Part shown: positions 27,301 through 58,585 of the stretch, one piece after another
How positions within the stretch are numbered: the first letter of the stretch is position 1
Layout of the letters: each line of letters begins with the position of its first letter
From: Amoebidium appalachense
Taxonomy: Eukaryota > Protista > Ichthyosporea
Assembly (NCBI GenBank): GCA_963693365.1
Contig: CAVNZM010000006.1
Coordinates: 10,481,355 to 10,545,354 of the forward strand
Direction: 5' to 3'
Length of the DNA stretch: 64,000 bases
Translations under genes and position numbers: made by a program
Notes under the pieces: generated by a model
What the model was told of the DNA's origin: nothing
Databases searched by the model: none
Seen by the model: the letters and a program-made list of their open reading frames with translations, nothing else

Positions 27301-27575
27301 ACACTATTGATGCAAACAGCAACAAGAATAGTGCCAGCGGACGGGCACAACAAACCGGAAACGACCCTTATATCGAGCAGACGGAGGACAGGTTTTTGGG
27401 GCTGAGCAAGAACACGTGGATATATATTGGGGCTGGGGTGGGTGCGGGTGTGTTCGTGGCGACTGTTATGCTGGTTGGGGTGGTGATGTACAGGCGCAGA
27501 AGGCAACGAAAATTGCGGCAGGAATCACGGATGGCTGTTTATAACCAGGAGGAGACACTGTTTATATGCTTTTAG
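23532..27575 (+). CDS. Membrane-anchored trypsin-like serine protease (S1A), 3 exons, with a 1-nt frameshift in exon 1 (assembly error or pseudogene)
   Basis: Exon 1 (23532 to about 24013): signal peptide, [19 protein letters not shown], and after the shift HPSY...DDIGLIQL, donor GTAAGT. Exon 2 (25686-25956): VIGWG...[18 protein letters not shown]. Exon 3 (27176-27575): GPIL...GCG...PGLYTRVS..W, transmembrane helix [25 protein letters not shown], basic stop-transfer RRRRQRK. Confidence 0.88.
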
Positions 27576-27871
27576 TTTTTAATGTTGCATGTTAGTGGTG
27601 TGCGACCACTGGTTATGGACCACACACATCAGGATTTTGCTACAGGTGTGCCCGGGTTGCTCGTAAGTCAACTCAAAAACTTTCGTGAAGGCTGCACAGT
27701 CAGATTTAATATTCTAACCCCCAGAGGCTGATTTTATCATTGTTATTATCATAGTATGCTTATTTCGTGGGTCCCTATTTTATTGCCGACATACAGCAGT
27801 CACCTCCTCCCCTTTACGGCATCCATCTTCATCTTAATTGCGTCTTAACATGTGTGTGACGGTGTGTGTGT

Positions 27872-27903
<32 letters not shown>

Positions 27904-28343
27904 TGGCATGTAACGTGAGAGGAGGAGCTTTTCCAGAACGAGGAAAAGGTTTAGATATATTTCCGTCTCGTTCACGAGGAGTCATGCATCGAAAGCCTGA
28001 GCAGAACAGGCAGATACGAGAGCTTTTGGGTGATGCAAGTGACCGAGCATGTGTACTTGCCTGCACACCCTCTGTTGCCAAATATACCTCGACGATCTTT
28101 CGCGCTTGACTAGGCTAAGCCCACACTGCCGTATTTTCAGAACGGTGGGCACCACAAGAGGTGGTTGACAGGGTAGTGGCTAGTTGGTGTATTTGCCTGG
28201 CCGTTTTTTTCTTGCAGGCACATCAAAGTTAAACAAAACAAAAAAATTGCGCCTTCGCAGAATGAGCTTTCAAGGGCAGTGTTGCGTACATACAGTTTTG
28301 GAAAGTTCATATTCGATAACTCCCCCCTCCCCCTCTCCCCCCC

Positions 28344-28397
<54 letters not shown>

Positions 28398-29425
28398 CCC
28401 GCCCCTGCCCCCCCACCCCACCAGCCCACTCGCCTAGCCTCCCACCCCGTCTCTCAACGCCGCTGCCGCCACCACCACCGGTGCACTAGTCACTCTCCAC
28501 AATACAAAATATTTTTTCACAAACAACACAAACCACCCATGTTGAATTATGTCAGTTTAGTTTCCCGCTCAGCCTACCAATGCCCATCTCCCTTAAGGAA
28601 TAAAGATGAAGAAATACCTCTATCTAATCAGAGGGATGTGCGTGGAGATATGGGACTCTCGATAAAGCAATTTGCATGCATGTCTTCTGAGTGAATAATT
28701 AGCACTCCTGCATCAGCACACTATGATAGTCTTGGCCCAACCATCACAGGCACAACCGAAGTAGAGCCGCAGCCATAGAGCGGTCGGCTGATCGAGACGT
28801 CGAAAAGAAATCGTAGCAATTATCTCCTGATACTCTCCACAAATGCGTGTGCCGCGATGGCGTGTTCCCGTGCCATCATGATGATAAGGCCTTGTCAGTG
28901 TCCCATTGCCACGGCCCTGCCCATGGCCAATGGCAACCAGTGTTGAGCCATCGAGGTAACATGAAGGTTTGCGCGTGAATGACCTCAAAGCCAATATTCA
29001 AAACTCCAAAGGGAAAATTCCTGCTAGATAGTCTCTGGCTGTATGGGATATTATCATTGTGTTAGGCGACGCTACTTAGCTCTGCAGGTTTACTGCACTA
29101 CCTCAGAGGCCAAGTGCACGGCTGGAGAGAGGGCCGGAGAACAAGTTGCCGGAGTAAACGGAAATCGGATTATGGGAATCACGTAATCGATGCGAGGGTC
29201 ATGTCTGATTGGACTGCACGGCATCACTGACGTAAGACGGTTCGAAGTCCACAACGAAACAGGAGTCCTGAAGTCTGCAGAAGAGCCAGAGCTGCCAGAC
29301 TGCAACATATCAGCGGCAAGTGGGGCCTACAGAGTGAGGGCTGTTATGCCTCGTAGGGTCGAGGCGTGAATATGGAAGGCACACAACACTTGGCCTAGCA
29401 GAGTTTCTGCCCGTGCGTATCAAAA

Positions 29426-49030
<19,605 letters not shown>

Positions 49031-50531
49031 TGAATGTGTTTGTGTATGCATAGGGGTGTATGGTGGTGGTAGAGAGGGAGTTGAACTATTTTACTTGGTC
49101 GAATGATAAGAGGAAAGTCTGTTTGTTAGATGATAAGGTGTGCATGTGTAAATTGATCGAATGAAACTTTAACGATGGTACGGGGGAGGTGTGTTTGCAA
49201 CGGAAGGCACTGTGTGCAAATCGAAATGACTTAGGGTTTGGTGCACTATAGTAGTGATAGAGTATGTATCCTATGATGATTATGAAAGAATAGCATGTAT
49301 GCTCAAAGAAATGGTCTGTCAAACACCTGATCATTACGTGGTCTTTGTGTGCATGTGTGACTATTCTCTGGCCACCTCGGCATTGCAGACATGGAGACGG
49401 GCCTTATAAGGTGGCTGGTGCAGGAATGTGTGTGTGGTCGAGGTGGAGGGACATGTGCACATGTGCAAGGGCCTGTGTGCTGGTTGGGTGACCAATGTAT
49501 CCGGATCCTGTCCGTGTTTGTGTGTCTGTGCTGACTGGAGGTTGCGGCTACATGTGTGTGTGTGTGTGTGCATGCACTCGTGTTATTGGTGCGCGGTTGC
49601 GGAGGTCGAGAGCCAGGCATTGCGGCACTCAACCGCCTATATGCATATATATGTAGGGGCGGTAATGTGTGCTGCTGCAGGGACGTGTGCATACATGCAT
49701 GGGAATGTGTGTGCATCCACGGGATAATGTTCATCTGTGTGACTGTGTGTGCGTTGCCGAGGTGCACGATGGGTGGATGAATGCGTGTGTACGTGTGTGG
49801 TAACGTGTGTGGTGAAAGTGTGGTAAAGCGGTTTGTGGTGTGAAAGCATGGATCATCTCCTCTTGTCTCGGTATGCTTGTGTGCGGGTGTCCAAAGGGAT
49901 AGGCATGTGTGTGTGTGTGTGTGTGTGGTGAACATGGCGTAGCTTTTCCTTTCGTGGTGTGTGTGTGTTTACTCTGTGTGTGTGTGTGTGTGTATGTGTA
50001 CGTGTGCGTGCGTGTGTGTCCGTGTGTGTGTACTCTGTGTACGTGTGCATGTGTCCGTGTGTCCGTGTGTGTGTACTCTGTGTACGTGTGCATGGGTGTG
50101 TGTGTGTGTATGTGTGTGTGTGTGTGTTGCATGTGTGTTTGTGGTGCGTGTGCGTGCGTGTGTGTGTGAGTTGCATGTGTGTTTGTGGTGTGTGTGCGTG
50201 TGTGTGTGTGTCTTGGAGGATGGCCAGTCTACCCCCATCATCCCCAATTGATATCAGCACGAGGGGACTTGGTGCATATACGTCGAGTCTATGCCTCAGC
50301 ATGGCCCTTTATATTGTAAGCATTGCCGCTCCGCTCTGCAGGTACCCCAATGAGGGCGATACCGACCCAGCTCGCTGGCATTCTTGCTATATACGGTCTA
50401 CATACACAGCCTTCACGTCATACCTACTTTATGTCTTCTTAGAAATTACAGTGCAAATACGTCTATCTCTTTCGTAAAAAATAGTTGTTACTGTATCTGG
50501 TGCGCTAAAGCTAAGTGCGTTTCGCACGTGC

Positions 50532-51011
50532 CTACGTGAACTTCTTGCCGATGACCTCGGTCATGAAGCCGATCTTCTCGAGCTGCTCGTCGTCGAGAAT
50601 CTTGCGGCCGTCAAAGACGTATGCGGGCTTGAACATGCTGTCGTAGATCTTCTGGTAGTCGTAGGTCTTGAATTCGTCCCACTCGGTGCACACGGCAATG
50701 GCGTGGCTTTGGGCGGCGGCCTCGTAGGGGTCGTGGTGGATCTCGATCAGGCTCTTGGTGCGGCTGTTGTCGTGCACACCGGGCTCAAGCAGGTCCAGGT
50801 AGATCTGCTTCTCAGGCACCTGCATACCAGAAACATCGTCAGCATAAACAACAAGCAACCCAGGAAACCATGTTGCTTTCTTGGCTAGGGGGCTAACACC
50901 TCCAGCAAGTCCCGCTGGGGGGAGGGGGGAAGGGGGGGGGGGGGGGGGGGGGGGGGGTTGGAATGTGTTACACATAGCACACACAAGAACTATGCATCGG
51001 CGGCTGCAGCT

Positions 51012-51042
<31 letters not shown>

Positions 51043-51723
51043 CTTGGGGTCATAAATGGCCACACGGGCACCCTCCTCGAGCAGGTACTTGCACACGTCG
51101 ATGGAGGCAGAGGCACGGGTGTCGCCCGTGTCCTTCTTGAAGGCAAAGCCGAAGACGCAGATCTTCTTGCCCGTGACCGTGTTGAACATCTTCTTGATGA
51201 TCTGCTGCGCAAACCGCCTCTTCTGGTACTCATTGATCTCGATCACCTGGTGCCAGTAGTGCGCAACCTGGAAAAATTGCCCTCACAGTCAGCATGCTGC
51301 AGATGCCCATTGTGCTTGCTTGTGCACCTCCGACTTGCACATCACACTCAAACCTAGTTAATCCTTCATAGGGAGCATTCCGAGAGAACCACAAGTCACG
51401 CACACCCACCTCCTTAAGGTTAAAGGTCTCGCAAAGGTACACCAGGTTCAGCACGTCCTTCTGGAAGCAGCTGCCGCCAAAGCCCACACTGGCCTTGAGG
51501 AACTTGTTCCCAATGCGTGTGTCATGGCCAATGGCCCGGGCCACCTCATCGACGTTGGCCCCCGTAGCCTCGCACAGGGCCGAGATGCTGTTGATGGACG
51601 AGATGCGCTGCGCAAGCATGGCATTGGCCACCTGCATGCAGCCCCTGTCAGCAGCCGTGTCTTGCCCTAAACCCAAACATACACACGCGATGTTCTCCCC
51701 CCTTCCCCCCCCCCCCCCCCCCC

Positions 51724-51756
<33 letters not shown>

Positions 51757-53599
51757 ATACACAACCATCCCCTCTACACAGACCTTTCCCCCCAAAAAAA
51801 ACATCCCTCGCTTCCCCAAAGTAAGTGTATATCCATGTGTGTGTGTGCCGGGTGTGCATTTATGACTGGCAAGGGGAAAGTGGAGGGTACATGTATGGGT
51901 TTGAGTAAAGTCAACAAATAACAAGCAGCCGGGAACAAAGAGACGGGGGAGGGGGGGGGGGGGGGGAGGGGGGGGGGGGGGGGGGGGGGGAGGACGGGCT
52001 ATTGGGGGTCGAGGGGAGTTGGGATGGTTTGCGAAGTGTAGCAACGAAACATACACATATTGTGAACACGGAAACCTTCAACACGTGATACTACCCAGGA
52101 ATGCTTTTGTGGGGAAGGGAGTGGATGACAAGGAGGGGAAAAAGCGGGGGGAGGGGGGGGGGGGAGGTCGGGGGGCGGGTTGTTACCAGCTTGGACAGCT
52201 CTGAGGACCACAGGTTTGTGGTCAGAATGCGGCTGCGGTCGACCCAGTTGGCATAGACCTCCACCAGGGCATCAATGGCAGCCCGGCCCTTCTCCGTGTC
52301 GATGGCCCCACCGATCAGCACACGGTCGGGGTTGGTCAGGTCGCTGATGGCTGTGCCCTCGGCAAGGAACTCGGGGTTGGACAGCACCTGCGGTCATATG
52401 CGTCATGATCAGGCCACTGGGCCCAAAACCCCGTAAAGAACATCTTGCATCAACTGCCGGATCTCCCCCCCTATCCGCTCACTACAAAACAACAACCAAC
52501 TCTTAAGACCCGCTCCGGATTCCACCTCCCCCCCCTCCCCCTCCCCCCACCACACAAACACACATACCCTCTCGCCCTTCTCCCCCCCCCCCCCCCCAGG
52601 CCCCCCCACTCCCCGTTCCCCCACCACACACACACGCATGCCCTCCCTCCCCCCATCCCCTTCCCTTCTTCCTCCTCTCCCCCCATCCTCACTCCGTTAA
52701 TGTCAACTTCCTTTCTTCCTTCTATGCAAACCTTCCTCTACCCTAATCCGAAACCAACATGTACGCCCCGGCCCATTTTGACTGTGTGTTCTCCTTGCAT
52801 ACCTTCCTTTTAGCACGGACTTCCCTTGCCCGCCCCTCCTTCCCCTTCTGCTCATTGCCCGCCACCATTTTGTTACCCCCCCCCCCCCCCCCCCTCTCTC
52901 TCTCTCTCCCCCCCCCCCCCCCCCCTCCCACGCGCTCCTGCCCCAGGCCTTTCATTTTCCGCTCAGTTTCTCTCTACAAGTCACCCGTCCATATCAGGCC
53001 CTCCCATGACAGCCATGTAAGTGCACCGAAAGACTGCCTGGTTCCTTCTGTCATCCCACTGAACCTCTCCACCCTCAGTCTTCCCAAGCCTGAGGTTTAT
53101 CTACAAGACTTTCTAAAATGATTCACCAAAAACCGACCTGGAAGTGTGCACCGTGGGGGGTGTTGAAAGAAAGGATCTTGTTGATCGCATCAGCTGAGCG
53201 GACAGGAACAGTGGACTTCTCAACTACAATCTTGTCGGTCTTGGCGACTTCAGCAATACGCCGAGCACACGACTCGACATACTTCAAGTCGGCAGCCCGA
53301 CCCTTGCCCATACCATACTCCTTAGTTGGTGTGTTGACAGACACAAAGATGAGATCTGCCTCGGCAATAGCCTTGTCAATTTCCGTCGAGAAGAACAAGT
53401 TCTTGCCACGGCAGGCAAAGACAACCTCCTCAAGACCAGGCTCGTAGATGGGGAGCTTATCACTGTTCCAGGCGGCAATACGGTCGGCGTTCACGTCCAC
53501 AACAGTAACAGTGATGTGTGGGCATTTGTAGGCGATCATAGAGCAAGTGGGCCCACCCACGTACCCAGCCCCGATGCAGCAAACCTTCTTGACAGACAT
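50532..53599 (-). CDS. UGDH: UDP-glucose 6-dehydrogenase (5 coding exons)
   Basis: GT-AG exons 53599-53138, 52387-52187, 51631-51410, 51267-51043, 50819-50532. Motifs [12 protein letters not shown] (NAD binding), [47 protein letters not shown] (catalytic Cys), [29 protein letters not shown]. Confidence 0.98.
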
Positions 53600-53602
53600 T
53601 TT

Positions 53603-53746
53603 CTGTAGTGGACAAAAGGATATGTCAGGAGAGGGTAGAGATCTTCTAGGAGCACGTTTCTACACTCGTTGCTTCTCCGGTTAGTTATATTGGTGCTATA
53701 CGACGGGCTGTATGCGAGATGATTCAACTCTTTTCCCCGCACTTAC
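53603..53746 (-). other. Probable 5'UTR intron of UGDH
   Basis: Consensus donor AG|GTAAGT at 53746, branch-like CTGAC near 53626, acceptor CTACAG ending 3 nt before the ATG. Confidence 0.6.
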
Positions 53747-55229
53747 CTCTGTTTCAACTTTCATTTCTTAGCTACTTTCAAGCCAGTCTGGCATTGTTTC
53801 CATCCCACCTCTTATCTTTTACGGCAGTAAAAACCCACGGAGTGACTATATAGGCACTGTCTCTTCTTCTGAATACCAAAGGTATATCTAAACCATAGAC
53901 ACGCAGCCCATAGATACGTGTGAAGTATACAAGTCTATCTTCTGTGTCGGTTTCAGACACGAGCCAAGCATGGGGTGTGCTCAGATCTCATTTCTCGGCT
54001 GCCCTGTAGACACCACGTGAAGACACAACACCGTCAGAAAGATTCATATAGGTAAGAAGTCTATATCAAACTGGGCAGTTTACAGGGTAACAATGCATCT
54101 GGTGACAGAATAAATGACAAACGACCTTTGACTGTAAGCTCATCAGAGAAAATTCTGCCTAAAAGAGGAAACACCAACCTCGAGCTGAAACGTTGATTAC
54201 TGGCCTCGACACTGATTTTTTTCCGCTTATATATGCCGCCTGGGAGAGGTCGTTGGCCCACCTTATAGCCGTCAGCAGAAGCTTTCAGAAAAGATAGAGA
54301 AATCTGGACGAGTTTAACGTTGGTCTACCTTTGACAGGGTTTCCAGGGTTAAAAACGCGGGCTTGGCCAAGCGATTTGGTTGGCTTATGGTAAGAATTAA
54401 CCTGGGTGTGCGACCAATGAAAAGAATGCAGAAAAGGCAAAGAACCCAATCAGATGTCTTGGATCATGGAAGACAACGCCGCTAGATAATAAAATTGGGG
54501 CTTCAAAAACCAAAACGGTCAAGAATTTCTCAAGCGTTACATGTTTAAGGCCGACATGTTTAAGGCCGTAGATTCCGATAAACGCCTTTAATAAAAACAT
54601 AAATACGTTTACTTGTTAGTATATTAGTTCTATTGGATTTAGCTTTCTTTTTGTGACTTGAACTATTTAATAGATACCAATAAAGTTTTACATTATCATT
54701 TTCAATGCGATCAAACCCCTAAAAGTCATCACTAGGCCCACTATATTTACATGACAACAGCCAATCACGTGAGTGTTGGGAAAGGATGGATACCGTACAA
54801 GCCAATCAAAAGTTTCGGAACAAACTTGGCTGGTAGATGGCGCCGGCGGTGGTAGTGTGCATGCACACACAAAACACACGTGCAACCAGTGGCAATCATT
54901 CACCCTTGGGATAGGCAGTCACACGCACCGTGGCACAAACGCACATGCACACGGACAAGCACGTGCATATATGACACATACATGCAAACAGATTGAGCAA
55001 CACGAACACACACACATATGTCGACTACAGTATTTGGAAAGAGCCTCTGTACATATGCTTGTGCCCTTCAAAGAAGGCGGTGCCGCCAGTGCATGCTCTG
55101 GCCTACATAGACTTGAAACAGCTCACAGGCTGCATCACGACTTTCGCGAAGACAAACACCGGCATACACATAAGCTACCTGTATGGTCACGTAGCAAACA
55201 GAACCACACACTGCAGACACGAAAACACA

Positions 55230-56070
<841 letters not shown>

Positions 56071-57094
56071 CGTAATACTATGTACACGCGCGTTGCTATC
56101 ATACGCATTCGTAACATCAAAATCCCTTACACTACTATGTTGAACCACATTGACGCCTTTAAAATCAAAAATACGTACCGGGAAACCATATGGATCCAGT
56201 GTTGGGAACTGCGGATCAAGTTTTATTGCACTGAACATTTAAAATGTCTCGAGTTAATGGCATGACCCATGAAAGCCGCGCACAAATTTAGTAGGAGTGC
56301 AAACCCGGGCAAAAAACAGTGCAGCCAACACATTTAGTGGGAGTGTACTACACTATTTATTAATAGTCAGAACCGTTGGCCTCATAAAAGTAATCAGTGA
56401 GTCAAATCAATTCGGAAAGCAATCGCCAACCATGTGAAGATGTAGACAAGGCGGTGTGTCCATTGGAACCTTGACGCAAAAAGCCTTTGGTTGAGTATCC
56501 CTCCTCCCCCCCCCCCCCCCCCCCCCCCCCCCACCACCACCACCTCCTTCTCTCCGGAGTAGGAGCCAGCCCGAGTATCAATTTGGGTGGCCTGAGGCTT
56601 GCGTGCCATTAGGCCACCTCCAACTCACCAAGGATGCCCTGAGGAATAGCAAAATTAATATTAGGCTAAGCGTGGCTACGCCGGAAAGCCACTGGCACGG
56701 CTCCTTACATGTACAGCTGCGGGTGGCCCTATTAGCACCGTGTCTTCTGCACGCAGGTACATCCTGCAGTGAGGGTTACCCTCGACAGAAAAGGAATCTG
56801 TTGGTCACTAGTATTTATGGACCCCCATCCCCCCCCCCCCCCCCCCCCCCCCCCAGAAGGGAGGCCCCAATTTGCATATCTTTTTAGGGTGTCAACTCAA
56901 CGACTCAGTGACCGTCTGTTCAACTAATCATCCATCATCATGATGATCTTATATGCTAGGATTATTTATTGAAAATATTAGGCGGGAAGCCTTTCAGTCA
57001 GAAATTTCCTGGTGCAAAATTTACCGTGTCCCCCCCCCCCTCCCCCCCCCCCCCCCCCCCTTCCCTCCCCACCCATCCACCCATCCACCTCCAC

Positions 57095-57126
<32 letters not shown>

Positions 57127-57629
57127 ACCCCGACCCACCCACTCACCCATCGTGGGGCACCCACCCACCCACCCACGGACTTTCCGAATACAAAAGAAAT
57201 CGCCGACGTAGCGTGGGCCGCTCCGATTCTAGCAGAGAGAGCCTCACCGGGCCGTTAGCCTAGGCTCCGGGGGGCCGAGGGGGGATAATAAAGGGGGGGA
57301 AGGGGGGGGGGGGGGGGGGAGGGGGGGGAGGGGGGGGGGGGACTAACCGGCTGGAAACGAACCGGGTCACGGGCCTCCTTGAAACCTTGCAGGCGGGTTC
57401 TGGAAATATGTAAGGGACTGTGGTTACAGAAGACCGTACAGCTCAGAGCTGGTTGGCTTAACCTATCAGGAGTGATACTTGAAGGAAGTCTTAGAGGGGG
57501 GGATAGATGGATGAGGAGTGAAAGGGGGGGGGTGGGGGGGAGGAAGGGGGAAGTTCCGGAGGTTACCGTGAATGATTATTCTTCCCCACCGGGCGCTGCC
57601 GGACAGCCGAGGACTGAGGGGGACGCCGG

Positions 57630-57661
<32 letters not shown>

Positions 57662-58585
57662 ATCCCGCAGCTTAGGGCCCAGAAGCTTTTTGGGCCCATG
57701 GTATGCAATGATTGCACCGTGCACGTGGCTGCTGCCGGAAAATGACCTGAAGTCACCTGCTCTGTCTTTGCAGATGCCTGCAGCCATTTTACCATGCACT
57801 TATTGTAGGAAAGCCTGAGGCTCTTCAAATATTATTGATCAAATTTGTTGGTTGGACTCTCGGAGGAATATGCAGCATCCCCATGACCGCAACTTCCCGC
57901 TTCCAATACGTATACACTATGTACAAAATTTTGGCCCAGAATCATGTAACATTCTATTAGGCTGGCAAGGTGGTAATGCGATGTGCCAACTCGTGTCGTA
58001 TGAGTTGACCGTCAATGTTTTGCAGCGCATTTTTTTTTTACGTGGATAGCGAAAGGAACGAGGACTGATAACAAGTTCACGATGAAGGTTTCTATTACAT
58101 GGCATCATCATGACATGGGCACACAATGCATCCGGTTCTAAAGGTTGTGTCACTCTCCCGAGGCTCAGCCTTGTTTTTGGCCCAATCATTGATAAGGAAT
58201 GATTAGTGTTTACTGCGTCACTGAGACGTAACTGCCACCAGGTATAATAATATTTACCAACTACTTCGTCCGACGCCGTGCGAAACAGACATACATGTTG
58301 CTTATGCTAATAGATTCTTACTAATTTGTTCATGATGTCGCACTTTAGTTGGGCAGGTATAAAAAAAACCTAAAATTAAATTTAAACTTTAGGTATGTAT
58401 TTAAAAACCCTCAAAATATTCTAGCCAAGAAGAGTGGTGGCTTAATATATTAAAACCCGGCCACGAGCACGGCATTTGCCTCGTACCCGCCTTGCTCAGC
58501 ATGCATGCTGAGCACTGAGCCTGGGAGCATGGTGCAGACCAAGTGTGGTTGGTACACGTGGCTTGCAACCAAATTAAAACTACAA

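Noticed and set aside
28713-29308. Two short minus-strand ORFs divergent from C2CD5
   Set aside because: No recognisable motifs or consistent splice structure; probably promoter-region sequence.
56286-56350. Twice-repeated ATTTAGT(A/G)GGAGTG resembling a transposon terminus
   Set aside because: No matching inverted terminus or transposase was found in the window.
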